Below, piece after piece: positions 27,574 to 40,323 of a stretch of 64,000 nt of DNA. The stretch's first letter is position 1, and the number at the start of each line of letters is the position of its first letter. Below the pieces are notes generated by a model. The model was not told the origin of the DNA and ran no database searches. It saw only the letters and a list, made by a program, of their open reading frames with translations. Source of the stretch: Octopus bimaculoides. Taxonomy: Eukaryota. The position numbers were made by a program, and so were the translations under genes. Where the stretch lies: positions 14,638,226 to 14,702,225 of the forward strand of contig NC_068988.1 in the NCBI RefSeq assembly GCF_001194135.2. The letters are read 5' to 3'.

Positions 27574-27776
27574 TTGGTAGCATCTGTTCCTTTGAAAAAG
27601 GCATTTATATTTTCTGTAAAGGCCACTGCCATGGGAACAGTATCTGCCATACCAAGTGTTAGTGGACTGGAACCACGAGATGATCCGAGTGACGCTGTAG
27701 TTGTGAACATGGAACCTGTGCTATCAGGAGGTGAGATCAGAGTTGCAGGGCTTGTCCGTCCAGGACGTAAAGGAAT
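27574..27776 (-). CDS. FCHO2: FCHO exon, start of mu-homology domain: [10 protein letters not shown]…[36 protein letters not shown](K)
   Basis: tttctgctag|ATT…AA|gtaagt; 203 nt, phase 0 to 2; resembles SRGPSP…DTLPVAVA.TE.VNAYFKG. Confidence 0.95.
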
Positions 27777-28219
27777 CTAGCAGAAAACAAAGAAATGTTT
27801 AAAAATCATTAAAAAAAGAAAAAAAAATTTAAGGACAAAATGAACTTTAAAAAATCCTTTCACAGCATCAAATTTTAAATATTGCAACATTTAATAAGAA
27901 AACTGAAACAGTCAAACAATTGCATAAACAGTTATTAAATTTTGTCAGAATTAGGGATGTTCGGATGATGATGATAATGTTGGCAATAATATCAATAAAA
28001 GTTTAGCAATCATTAAGACAACCATGACAAGAATAGCAACAACATTGTAATGATGACAATAGGGATATGAGGTGTGTATAAGGGATTATGGTAGGGTTCA
28101 CTCATGATATAAAATAATTTAAATTGTCTATTGGAAAAACAATAAAGAAGATATCAATTGAAGTGACTAAAATTATAATAAGTATAATGTAGTTATATAT
28201 GTTTGTTTTAAAGTTACAA

Positions 28220-30115
28220 GACAGGACTGAAAAGAAAGGGGACAGCAAAAAGCAATATCAAGTAACTACAAGAGAAACCAAGTGTCAGTTATACTTTGCA
28301 AGGAGAGAAGACGCTCTGTGACACGCATATCAGAGACTTGGGCTGTTTTGGACGGCAAGGCATTGTAGAAGAAAAAAAATCAAACTGATGTTGGGGAGAA
28401 GTATGTATAGAATGATAATGGCACATTTGCTTTTGCTGACACCAAAATGAAAGTATCAAGGAAGTGATATTACATGAGGTCGAATGAGGAGGATGCATAG
28501 CAGAGAGATACTTAAAAAGGAACCAGACATTGACAGTGGCATGATAACAAAGGTAATGAAGGATATGAAGGTATGGAAGTGGGTTGAACCATCGGGTATT
28601 GTCCCTGAAATGATTAAAATACCTGGTGAAGTAGATCATGTGTCACTCATATAGTCAGTCAGGTAGTACAGGGAGTGGGGTCATATCTAATGACTGATAT
28701 AGTAGCATCATCAAAAACTGCTGCAAAGGTAAAGGAGGTGCACTAGACAAAGACAACTAACTACAGAGGCATCAACTTGAAGATTGGCTTGTGAAAGTTA
28801 TAGGAAGGGTTACAGTATGATTGATGAGAAAGAGAATTAGTCTAGATAAGATGTAGTTTGGCTTTGTGCCAGAAAGAGGAACTACTAATACCCTTTTCTT
28901 AATGAAACAACAGCAGGAAAAGTACTTAAGAGTGAACTTTTAAATGTGGCATTTGTTGACCCGGAGAAAGCAACTGACAAGGTTTGAAATTCTACAATCT
29001 GATGGTCACTAAGAAAACTAAAAGTAGACAAATAGCTTATGAGGGCTTTTTAAACCATGTAGATAGGTGCAGCCAGCAAGGTCAGAGTGAGCAATGAGTT
29101 CGGAGGTTAATTTAGCCTGCAAGTAGGGATTCATCAAGGTTCAGTTCTTAAACCCCAACCTTGTTTAATATAGTCCTCAAAACTGAGACAATTTTGAATT
29201 TAAGCCTGCCTGTCCATGGGAATGGCTACAAATTCAGCTATAAGAACCAGGTCATCAGCATACAAAAGATTTAGAAGTTCAAACATGGAAATAAAATCTA
29301 GAATCAAAGGCTTCAAAGTAAGGTCAGTAAAGGCTCGAGTTTTTGAGAAGAAAACAGGACCCTGCTTACCATAAGGGAAATAACCAAACTCAACTTAGAG
29401 AAAGAAACATGTAGGAATTCCAGATGGAATTGTGTATCTATACGGATATACAAAAGGAGTAGGAGGTGGGATCACAAGACATCTAGCAAAGAGAGTGGAC
29501 TTCATATGAAGTAAATGGTAGGAGAAACTCCCTAGAAATAGCTAATTGCCTTCATTACCTAAGAGACCTAAATAGCAGTGGAGGTGGCTGGTCTGAAAGC
29601 ATTAGTAACCAGAGAAAGAATAGATGAGGTTAAGTTCAGAAAGTTCTTATTACTGTTGGTGGTAGCATAGGGTTTCTCTTTCACAATAAAAAGCAGCTTA
29701 TATGATGCTTGTATTCAGGGTGTGATTACTGCATGGTAGCAAGACAAGGGCACTGAATGTAAAATATTTACAACAACTGGAAATAATGAAGTAAAAGTGC
29801 TCCATGAGATGTGTAATGTTAGTGTATGGAACAAACTGAATTTAAGAAGAATTAGTCATCGTGTGCAAGAGAAAAGACTTTACTGATACAGATGGAGAAT
29901 GTCAGATGTAAAAAGAAATGCCATTGTTTGAAGTGGATGGAAGTTGTAGAAAAGGGAAACCAAGAAGGCATGGCATGAAATGGTGGACATTGATTTCAAG
30001 AAACTGAATCTCATGAAAGAATTTACAAACATTGTCAATGCATGGTACGAAGTGGTACAGGAGAAGATCCACTCACTCGTGACAGCAGGACAAACATTCA
30101 TAAAAATGGTGACGA
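28220..30115 (+). mobile_element. Decayed RTE-type LINE RT fragment, related to the copy at 2890-5700
   Basis: FGFVP.RGTT remnant (about 28860), VGIHQGSVL (about 29123), FHYLRDL-like remnant of the RT YLG motif, C-terminal remnants; heavily mutated. Confidence 0.85.
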
Positions 30116-30530
30116 TGCTGGAATATTAACATCTGGGTCTCTCACCTATTGTGTTCTTGTTAGTAATGATGATGAAAGCCAATCTATGCTGAGACATCAA
30201 ATGCATGAATGATGAAGTGATGTGCACATTAGCCTCAGTGTGTAGCAAAGCAAAGATATACCCTACTAATTTATGACTTACCTGATTAAAAGCATGCCAA
30301 CTCGGAGAGGAGGGAACAGACTGAGGACGGCAGCTTTGAGACTTAGGACTATCAGGAAAACTGGTGGTTGCACAGGGATCGAAACAGTCATAATTTATTA
30401 TCTGAGGCAGAGAAGATCGACTGCGGTTGTATTTTGGATGAGATGGTGGAGGCTGGATGGGACAGTAAAAGAAGCTAAGAGGAGAGTCAACCAAGCTAGG
30501 AGAGGAACTGAAGTAATCAGAACTACTCAC

Positions 30531-30724
30531 CTGTGGTAAAGGAGTTTTAGTGCGTGAAGGAGGTCTAGGAGGATGAGGAAAGGTAGTTTGTGGGGCAGCA
30601 GTAGTCCCCAGACTAACTGGAGATGTGGTTTGACTAGAAGTGCCAACTACTTTGGTATTAGGGGGTAAAGGTAATGCACATAGATCTTGATTAGGTTGGC
30701 TAGTAATGGCTGCATCACTGGCAT
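30531..30724 (-). CDS. FCHO2: FCHO Pro-rich exon: (N)ASDAAITSQPNQDLCALPLPPNTKVVGTSSQTTSPVSLGTTAAPQTTFPHPPRPPSRTKTPLPQ
   Basis: gtatttacag|AT…CAG|gtgagt; 194 nt, phase 1 to 0; this is the real part of ORF 30126..30836. Confidence 0.87.
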
Positions 30725-31439
30725 CTGTAAATACAGCAGACAAGAATAAAAATGACGTTTGAATATGGAATTTCTCAGCAACAATACAAAAGTGAAGGAA
30801 TAATTTACACAGTGAAAAATAGGAGAGGATGCTCAAGGCTAGGATGCCTTTAGGTTTATTTCATTAGGGCTGAGTGGAGACTAATCAACAACAAGGTAGT
30901 TTCTATGCAATCATTCGACTTGAGAGAAGTGCAGGTGTAATCTCCATCAATTCCAAAGATATTTTTTTTAAAAAAAGGGATGTTCTATAATATATTTATA
31001 GATTTGCTATGAAAAAAAACCAAAAACTTGGTGGCCACAACTGGAAATACTACAGCTACATAACAACGAAAAAATCTGAAATCAGAACAACAAAATTCAT
31101 CTGATTTGCAAATAGTAAAACAAAGAAATAAAAATTAGTTTTTAGATAAACTCTGACATTGAACTTTAAGTAATGACAAACAAGAGAATGATGGGAAATT
31201 TTTAATATAAGCTTCAATTGTTGAGAACAATTCTCTTGAAGGAAGGAAATTAAAAGTTGGTAAATATATATACCAGTTCCCTTGCATATATATTTGTGGC
31301 TTTTGTCCTTGGCCTACAAACAGTTATTATTTATTGGATAACATCTTTCCCCATCCCCTCCACATGTTTTTTATAAAATCTACCCACCTCTGAGTTTTAA
31401 CATTTCTTGTATACAATGCAATTACCCTCATTGTCTATA

Positions 31440-31644
31440 AACAAAGAATTATTAACACACCGGGCAAAAGGTTTAGCAGTGTTTCGCCCATCACTACATT
31501 CTGAGTTCAAATCCCACCAAGGTTGACCTTGCCTTTCATTCTTTCGGGATCGATAAATTAAGTACCAGTGTAACACTGGGATCGATGTAATCAAGTAGTC
31601 CCTTCCCTCCAAATTTCAGGCCTTGTGCCTTTAATAGAAAGGAC

Positions 31645-31686
<42 letters not shown>

Positions 31687-31890
31687 AGGTGACAAGCTGG
31701 CACAATTGTTAATATGCTGGACAAAATGCATAGCAGAATTTCATCTGTCTTTAAGTTCTGAGTTCAAATTCTGCTGAGGTTGACTGTACCGTTTCCTTCA
31801 TCCTTTTAGGGCCAATAAAAAAGGTAGCGGTTAAGTACTGGAGTCAATGTAATCAATTTCTCTTCCCAGGCCCTGTGCCAAAATTTGAAA
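31440..31890 (+). mobile_element. Two plus-strand SINE family A copies joined by (TAT)n
   Basis: ctgagttcaaat…gcctttcat.ctttcgggatcgataaattaagtaccag…gtgcc…agaaagga(tat)n. Confidence 0.85.
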
Positions 31891-31959
31891 TGATATCCCT
31901 AAAAAAAACTTTCTTGGCAACAACAAAACAACCAATTACGAGGAAATTGGTAAGAAAAT

Positions 31960-32140
31960 GCTCTGGTCTTTTCATTTGCTGGGATGCAAAATGAACATCA
32001 AGATACATTTTTTGTTCAGTCACTTGGATAAATTTCTACAGAATATGGAAGACTTAAGTGATGAACAGAGAGAAAGATTCCACCAAGATATGAAGCTAAT
32101 ACAGAAGAGATGTCAAGCGAGCTGGGATGTTGGGGTATAA
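31960..32140 (+). mobile_element. DNA-transposase C-terminal fragment (Chapaev/CMC-like)
   Basis: LGCKMNIKIHFLFSHLDKF.QNMEDLSDEQRERFHQDMK matches the widespread K.HFL.SHLD…SDE.GERFHQD transposase motif. Confidence 0.65.
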
Positions 32141-32368
32141 AAAGGGACTGCCCAATGCTAAAACATTCAAGGATGTCTAAAAAACAGAAATTTCTTCCTT
32201 TATCATCATCATCATTTAGTGTCCATTGTCCATGCTGGCATAGGCTGGACAGTTTGACCAAGCTGGAAAGCTGGGGAGCTGCACCAGACTCCAGTCTCAT
32301 TTGGCATGGTTTCTATGGCTGGATGCCCTTCCTAATGCCAAACACCTTACAGAGTGTGCTGGGTGCAT

Positions 32369-32522
32369 TTACGTGGCACCATACAGGCACTTTTATGTGG
32401 TGTCACACAGGCGCTTTTATATGGCACCACACGGGCGCTTTTACATGGCACCACATGGATGCTTTTATGTGGCACCCACAGGCATTTTTACCTGGCATTG
32501 TACAGGCGCTTTACGTGGCACA
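32369..32522. repeat. 24-bp minisatellite (about 7 copies) inside a SINE C copy
   Basis: TTTACRTGGCACCAYACAGGCGCT-like unit repeated in tandem. Confidence 0.85.
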
Positions 32523-33096
32523 ATCATGAGTACTTTACACCACCAGAGGGACCGGTCTTAACACTTCTGCTGAGAAGTACAGGTCTTCTTCCTTCATAAA
32601 CACATTTGACGCTTTTTTAGGGATATCATGTTATACACATATAAATTGCAGATTTACTTGTGCTTAAGATTCTGTATCAATAGGTTAGAACAACCATAAG
32701 GCTTCCTTTTGTATTTTCTATACAGTAGGTAAAAAACATTCCACATTCTGGCAAATCTTACCACAAACTATCTATGCATGAAATCAGTTATATTCATAAT
32801 TTTACTTTACTTTATGCAAAGGAAAGGTGTTAATGAAACGTTTTTCATACTTTGGCCCACTGCTTCAAAGTCAGACCAGGACATAAACTCAAGGAAAACT
32901 ACACTTTTTTTTTTGTGAAACATCAAAGTAGTGTGTACACAGAGATCCTGGCATGGTTGGTGAAATCAAACAGCATATCTAAATTCAGCTCCCAAAAAAT
33001 GCTTCAGAACACTTGTCTATTTAACAGATACATTTTCCATCCTCAAATTCTGTAGACTTGTGAAATAATATGTTGATGAGGATTATGAAAACTTAC

Positions 33097-33272
33097 TAGA
33101 ACTTGAAAGAGTTGTTGTTGAACCACTGTCTGATGTTTGGAGTGTTACATCTGTCTGTGAAGAGGGGGCAAATGGTGATTGCATATTGTAATTGTTTCCA
33201 CCAGTTGGCGTAGAAGCAGCACTTGTGTTAAATAAATCCAGTTTCAAAAGATCATGACTGGGTTTCCCAGGG
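33097..33272 (-). CDS. FCHO2: FCHO linker exon: PGKPSHDLLKLDLFNTSAASTPTGGNNYNMQSPFAPSSQTDVTLQTSDSGSTTTLSSS(N)
   Basis: ttatttgtag|C…TCTA|gtaagt; 176 nt, phase 2 to 1, open frame. Confidence 0.85.
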
Positions 33273-33349
33273 CTACAAATAAAACAAGATTTATTTATTT
33301 ATGTCTTTAATCTTCAATAAAAATGAAAAAGAACAAGATAGCACATATA

Positions 33350-33595
33350 CAGTCATGACCAAAAGTCTGGAACATATTTTGATATACGTGATGCACTAGT
33401 TTCTATTTATTAAAAGTAAGCAATTTAGTCTAGAACTATATTTTTGATTTTGCCTATTTTTTCTTCTAGATATTGAACCATTGGATTAGTTATTAGGTAA
33501 ATATATCTCTAGGTTGTATACATTTTAATGGAATTTTACCTGGGCATAACAATTGAAATTTTTTTTTAAATTTTCCAAACTTTTGGCCACAAGTG
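33350..33595. mobile_element. Tc1-like MITE
   Basis: TA|CAGTCATGACCAAAAGTCTGGAA and TTCCAAACTTTTGGCCACAAGTG|TA: imperfect TIRs with a TA target duplication. Confidence 0.75.
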
Positions 33596-34876
33596 TATTC
33601 TAGCAATTTATAAGACTATGTTTATATGTCGTATCTTTGATTTTATTCTTATTATTATTAGCATAATAACATATTACCTGAACTAATTCGATGTATTCTA
33701 ATCAATGCTGTCCCTAAAGAAAATGCTTTATTCTTTCAATTTCATCCATCATCATCATCGTTTAACGTCCACTTTCCATGCTGGCATGGGTTGGACGATT
33801 TGACTGGGGACTGGCGAACCAGATGGCTACACCAGACTCCAATCTGGCAGAGTTTCTACAGCTGGATATCCTTCCTAATGCCAACCACTCCGAGAGTGTA
33901 GTGGGTGCTTTTACGTGCCACCGGCATGAGGGCCAGTCAGGCGGTACTGGCAACGGCCACACTCAAAATGGTGTTTCACTCAAATTTCTAAAGTATCAGA
34001 TAATTTTTTATCAGATTCACTAAGACAAAGCAATAACTTCTGGCAAGTGCAGATACTATACATCAAAGGTGGTGATGGTTAAAACAGCGTAACACAAGGC
34101 AAAATAGCTTTTTAGGAAATGCTAACAAATAATTGCTAACAAGAGAGGGAGCAAGGAAAGTCGATCAGCCCTGGCAACAGGTATAAAGGGAGGTACAATT
34201 CCTTGCCCCACCCCACCCATGTGGTCATATTGGATTACCACCCTAAGCTCCATTGTGACATTGATTCCCAAAGCCCAACTGTAGAAACTAATGATTATTT
34301 AAGACACTGGCTCCAAGCACAACTAGACTTGATCTGACTATGAAAGCAAGATATAGAATGATAACTTCAATTGGGATTCAAATTAATCTTATAGTCATTA
34401 CCAAAGATAGGATCAAGGAGGTATGAGTTCCCTAAGTGCTTTTGTCCCTGGGTGCTAAAAACTTCTGCTGCATATAGTCAATATAAAACATTAGCAATTA
34501 TCAGTAACAGTCCCTTTTTGAACTGGGTTCATACTCAAAAATAAATAAATAAATATTCTGTAATTTCCATAATTTCTTGCTACTTCAATATCTTACATAA
34601 AACCCAGACAAAAGCCATGAATAAGTTCTAACATTTGCAACTGGAGCTCTTCTTAGAATTCTCCACAAAATGTGGTCAAGAGAGAAATATTTATGAAGTA
34701 GCAATACATAGAAACATCAGCATAGAAGTATTATAGTAATGATATGAACTGAAGTACAGACAACTGCAGGACTTATAGCTGGGAACATTTTGTACAGTTT
34801 CAAGCATGTAATAAATTATAGATTTTTGTTGATAGATTACATCTGAAGACAATAAAAAAAAAAAAAAGATACTCAC

Positions 34877-34944
34877 TCTAATGTATCAGATTCAGACTGG
34901 GATCGTTTCATTTTCTTGTCTACTGGTGTTTGACAGCGACGCTT
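34877..34944 (-). CDS. FCHO2: FCHO linker exon: KRRCQTPVDKKMKRSQSESDTL(D)
   Basis: ccattcttcag|AAG…GA|gtgagt; 68 nt, phase 0 to 2. Confidence 0.85.
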
Positions 34945-36200
34945 CTGAAGAATGGAAAAGAAAGAAAAATTTCAAGAGATCTTCATAAAAATCAACTTGC
35001 AGAAAATAAAGGAAAGAAATACATCAGAAATTTAGCAGGAAACAAAACCCAGGAAAATTGGGGAAGTGAAAGGTCATAGTAATTCTTCTTAGACAGGTAT
35101 ATATCCTGAAAGTCTAACATCACAGATAAAAAGAGAGAAGAATCCAAATAGTCTTTTGTAATGGTTGTGTGTGGTAAGAAGTCTGTTTCCCAACCACATA
35201 GTTCTGAGGTTCAGTCCCACTGCAGGGCACTTTATGGAAGTGTCTTCTATGTATAGCCTTAGATCAACCAAAGCTTTGGTAGTGGATTTGGTAGATGGAA
35301 ATTGAAAGAAGCCTGTCATGTGTATATGTGTGTCTTTGTGTTTGTTGCCCACCACTGCTTGACAACTGGTGTCCAATGTTTATGTCCTTGTAACTTAGCA
35401 GTTCAGCAAATAAGATTAGAATAAGTACCAGACTTAAAGAAATAACTGCTGGGGTTAATTCATTTGACTGAAACCCTTCAAGGCAGAGCCCCAGCATGAC
35501 CACAGTCTAATGACTGAAACAAGTAAAAGATGGCTGCATGGTTAGGAAGCTTGCTTCCCAGCTATATGGTTTCGGGTTCAGTCCCACCGCGTGGCACCTT
35601 GGGCAAGTGTCTTCTGCTATAGTCCAGGGCCGACCGAAGCTTTGTAATTGAATTTGGTAGGCGGAAGTTACTGCCGTGTGTGTATATGTCTGTGTATGTG
35701 CTTGTGCCTCTCCGAAAGAGAGAGAGGGGACATCAAAGAATCAATGGAAAAAATGTCTGTATATGCCTTTCACCAATCAAAATAAGAGTGAGCATATGTG
35801 CATGACATTTAAGCAAATGCATGGCCACATCTTTATATGCAAGGGGTGTGTAGAACAGGGATTAGCTTGATGGTGAGAGTTATAATTGATCTGATCAATG
35901 CAACAGCCTGCTCGAGAAATTAACATGCAGGTGGCTGAGCACTCCACAGACACATGTACCCTTAACATAGTTCTCAGGGAGATTCAACGTGACACAGAGT
36001 GTGACAAGGCTGACCCTTTGGAATATAGGTACAGCTCGTTTTTGCCAGCTGAGTGGACTGGAGCAATGTGAAATAAAGGACACAACGCGTCTCTGGGAAT
36101 TGAACACCTGACCTTATGATCAGGAGCTGAATACCCTAACCACTAAGCCACGCACCTTCACAGAACAGGGATTATATAAGCAATAAAGTTAAAGACTTAC

Positions 36201-36337
36201 ATGGGGCACTGTTGGTGACAGCCTCAATCCTTCAATGGAGGCACGGATGTCTTCTACCGTTCCAGTTGGCGTGGAACCATTTGGGCTGAGTGGGCGGATT
36301 TCAACTTTTATTTTTTTTTTAAGATCAGAGTCACCTT
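36201..36337 (-). CDS. FCHO2: FCHO exon: (E)GDSDLKKKIKVEIRPLSPNGSTPTGTVEDIRASIEGLRLSPTVPH
   Basis: ttttttgtag|AA…CAT|gtaagt; 137 nt, phase 1 to 0; resembles the IEIKP…ELK.SIG.I.LSP region of FCHO2. Confidence 0.92.
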
Positions 36338-36429
36338 CTACAAAAAAAAAAAACAACATTTGCAAACAATTAGAATAAATAAATATCATGAAATATTCTT
36401 TTCTACTCTAGGCACAAGGCCCGAATATG

Positions 36430-36720
36430 TATAACACTTTGGACATCATCCCACTACCTTATGATTTGTCCTCCTCCCTCAGTCACTGCTATCTCTCTCA
36501 CTGTATCTCCTCTCCTAACTGATATTCACCACCAACTGCAGCACCGTTCTTGCACACCTTTGAATACATCCACCCCTGCCCCACTCTCTTAACTATCTGT
36601 TACTCTCCCTTCACATTCTTAATGAAACTACACACCCTCCTCAGATTCCCTGACCCTATCCTCTCTTATGCTCACCTACCTTCAAAGTGTCCTCTGGCAC
36701 ACTATCACTACCATCTTCCT
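36430..36720 (-). mobile_element. Highly decayed LINE RT C-terminal fragment
   Basis: Purine-rich minus strand with a WMYSKVCK.GA remnant resembling the LYxACVR…L.GSE.W region. Confidence 0.35.
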
Positions 36721-37647
36721 TCTTTATTTTCATCTTCCTAATTATCATCACTTATATAACATAGGATAGCTATGTATTACCTCTATGAAAAGACACCTGT
36801 TCTTGTCCTTCTATCATACTTTAGCCTCTCAATATCTGACATAAAGCCACCCCCTCTAATACCCACATGCACTTAGTCATGGTGAGAAGTGGAGGGAGGG
36901 TCCCTTTCCTGTTCTTTTTTGTCTTACACCTTAATTAGTGACTCCATTAGTGCCATTGGCACCATAAACACACCCAGTACAAACTGTAAGGGATTGTTGG
37001 CATTGAGAAGGGCACCCAGCCTTAGAAAACATGCCAAGGCTGACACTGAAACTCAGTACAGCCTAGCAGCTAGATAGATCCTTGTCAAACCAAAGGAGAG
37101 GTATCTGGCCAAGTGGGCTTTGTCCTCTGCTAGATTGTGCAAATCTCCAAAATTTAACATCTGATACAGGTTGTTAATGGCCTGTTACCACTGTAGTCAT
37201 ACCAAAGTAGAATAATATCTTAACTATAATATGTCTTCACTTTTATTCCATAGTTAATATTGTTTAAATCTTAATGTAAATATAAAACTAATAGGTAACA
37301 GCTTTCAAAGAAGAAGAGGTAATAACTGTATAAATAACAAAGAACAGAGTTTGCAATGATTCTGCACTTTCTAAAATTACTGGATTTTACAACATCTCAA
37401 GAATCAAATGCTTTCAGAACCAAACAAAACAAAAAAAAAATTTTTTTCAAAAGAAATTTCATACTTCATAATTCTTCTTTATAAAATTAGTTTTCCATAT
37501 AATCATGAAATTTTCACAGGGACTTCCCATTAAATAATCTTATTAGTTAGTGATTAGTGTTGTTTCATCCTAACTATAAAATTATTAACAAGTTAATATA
37601 GTTACTGCCCTTTGCATTGAATATCTTAACGCCAACTGAACTATAAT

Positions 37648-37678
<31 letters not shown>

Positions 37679-38664
37679 TATATATAGTATCAGTGAGGAC
37701 ACAAAATCATTCTCTGAACTCCCTGCATTTTGAAGCTTAGGTCTGTCATGAGACCAAGGACTCATAAGGTAGGAGCTTAACCCGATTCCCATGGCTGAGA
37801 TTACAACCCTCTCCAGTGAACAGGATACAGGCCTGTCACAGGGTTAACTTCCCAGCTATTGCTGGATCTCATTTACAGCTGAGTGAACAGAAGCAATGTG
37901 AACACAATGCACAGCCCATTCTGGGAACCAGAACTACGATCATGAGTGAAACAACCTAATCACCAAACCATAAGCTTTCACTTTTGAAGCTTAAGAAAAC
38001 AACAATTTAAAGCTTCTTTCTTCAATTTTCATATGAAAAACAATTACAATTTTCAAATTATACCCAACTATATCAGTATAATTTTTTGGCTATAAAGACA
38101 GAGATAAAGCAAAACAGCAACAAGGCTGTGAGGTTAACGTGCTGATACCTGGCCAAGTGTATACATCTTAGTAAAGAGATTAAGCATGGGACATAACTCT
38201 GTGTAAACCAAATACCATTGTTACATTATGTTCACCAGAGTTGAATGATTAACAATGCTGGAAAGGCAATTGTTTTGATTAAAACTGTTCTGCCCATATT
38301 AGTATTTTAGCTTCTTTTCTTCTTTCTTTTTTGTTGCTATTGTTTGCTTTTTAATGAATGTAAAACAACAAAATGAAAAGAAAAAAATTGTGTTTAGATA
38401 TTGGATTATCCAAACAAACCTTCATATTTGTAGTATATAAAGTAGTATACAATAAATAATTCTGTATAATGTATTTGAACTAAATATAATCAATCTAATT
38501 ATCTTAAATATTATATTATTTCTTTCACACAGCTACCGTCAGTAGCTATATGAGAAAAATAAAGGGGAGCAAGATTCAAATAGAGGTAAGTTTGAACTAA
38601 TGACAGCTGGTCAAATTGATGAAATATTGCAGCAATTAACAATTAGTAATTAAAAATACATTAC

Positions 38665-38706
38665 CTGAATCACTATCACTTTCACTAGAGCACCAGCTTG
38701 TTTTGT
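38665..38706 (-). CDS. FCHO2: FCHO exon: (Y)KTSWCSSESDSDS(E)
   Basis: atggag|AC…TCAG|gtaatg; 42 nt; equivalent to the FYSSSDSDSE motif of the AP2-activating linker. Confidence 0.85.
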
Positions 38707-40035
38707 CTCCATTTAATACAAAAAGTTAAGGATAAATACAAATCTATAGATTTAACAAGATATATATTTCATGTCAGTCATTAGAAGAAAAATATAATTA
38801 TGAAAGAGAAATCTTAATTACTAATGATATTTTCAAAACTCCAGAAAGGGGAGGGGGTTGTTACACAACAACAATACATGGCATGATACAAATAAATACT
38901 TTCAGTGGAATGCCAGCAAATTTTATATATGTGAAACATAGTGATGTAGGCTACCAATAATAATAACCCTTTCTACTATAGGCACGAGGCCTGAAATTTG
39001 TGGGGAAGGGACTAATCGATTACACTGACCCCAGTGTTTCACTGGTACTGATTTTATTGACTCCAAAAGGATGAAAGGCAAAGACAACACCAGCAGAATT
39101 TGAACTCAGAACATAATGAGTCACAGTAAATACCACAAAGCATTTTTTCTGATGCTCTAACAATTCTGCCAGCCCTGTCTTAATAATAATAATAATAATC
39201 CTTTCTACTATAGGCACAAGGCCTGACATTGGGGGGAGGGGGATAGTCAATTACATTGACCCTGGTACTCAACTGGTACTTACTTTATTGACCCCCAAAA
39301 GGATGAAGGGCAAAGTCGACCTCAGTAGAATTTGAACTCAGAACGTAGCAGCAGACGAAATGCCGCTAAGCATTTCGCCCAGCCTGCTAATGAATAATAA
39401 TATTAATAATAATAAATAATAATGGTTTCAAATTTTGGCACAAGTGCGAAACATATATAAGTCATAGTTCTGCAATCCATGCCAGCAAGGAAAACTGATG
39501 TATGATAATGACAAAGATGATGACAATGATGACTACAATGAAGCTGATGATGAAAGTAAAATATCTAAATCAACCCTGATGCAATACCAGGCACCGGCTC
39601 TACTGGCTACTGACCTTAACTGATTGGAAGCATTTCTAGATGTATTGCAAAAGTCAGCATTACTTGGAACTGCACGCATATTGCGTAAAGTACTGTCTGT
39701 CTGAGGTCGTTGTTGCAACTTGACAAACAGTACAAACCCCCGGTAGACACAATATCTTCAATCAACAACCTTACGATATTGTATACTGTGTGACATGTAT
39801 AATAATAATAATAATAATCCTTTCTACTATAGGCACAAGACCTGAAATTCTGGGGGAAGGGACTAGTTGATTAGAGTGACCCCAGTGCTTGACTGGTATT
39901 AATTTATCAACCCCAACAGGATGAAAAGCAAAGCCGACTTTGGCAGAATTTGAACCCAAAATGTAAAGACAGATAAAATGCCACCAAGCATTTTGTCAGG
40001 CATGCTCATAATTCTGCCAGCAATAATAAGGATAC
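38707..40035 (-). other. U12-type (minor spliceosome) GT-AG intron
   Basis: 5' splice site GTATCCTT; branch point TCCTTAAC at 38725-38732, close to a GAG acceptor without a typical polypyrimidine tract; phases of both flanking exons match. Confidence 0.85.
38965..40025 (-). mobile_element. Three SINE family A copies inside the U12 intron
   Basis: Same consensus at about 38965-39180, 39195-39390 and 39810-40025. Confidence 0.85.
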
Positions 40036-40093
40036 AGTCTAAAAGAGTATCGGGTTGTTTACTGTAACCTTCTTCATCAACATCAGGTATTAC
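40036..40093 (-). CDS. FCHO2: FCHO exon: VIPDVDEEGYSKQPDTLLD(Y)
   Basis: tttttattag|GTA…GACT|gtatcctt; conserved PDVDEEGYS motif; 58 nt, phase 0 to 1. Confidence 0.9.
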
Positions 40094-40323
40094 CTAATAA
40101 AAAAATTAAGAAATGTAATTAACATCAACGATTAAATGATCAAAAACTTATATTCATAACGAAGACTGGACTTCAAAATGTCCTTACACACAATACAGAA
40201 AGATAAGTTTGATGTAAGTTTATCTTCACTTTGAATTTAATTTGTTGTTATATGTATGATTAAATAGAACCCCAAATTATTCAACAAGAATTTATTAAAA
40301 AAATCATTGAAAAAGGTACTTAC

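Noticed and set aside
30126-30836. 236-aa ORF as a stand-alone gene
   Set aside because: Only 30531-30724 is exonic (FCHO linker); the rest is intronic read-through.
32369-32522. Regularly spaced repeats that superficially resemble a CRISPR array
   Set aside because: Contiguous tandem units without unique spacers, in eukaryotic intronic DNA with no cas genes.
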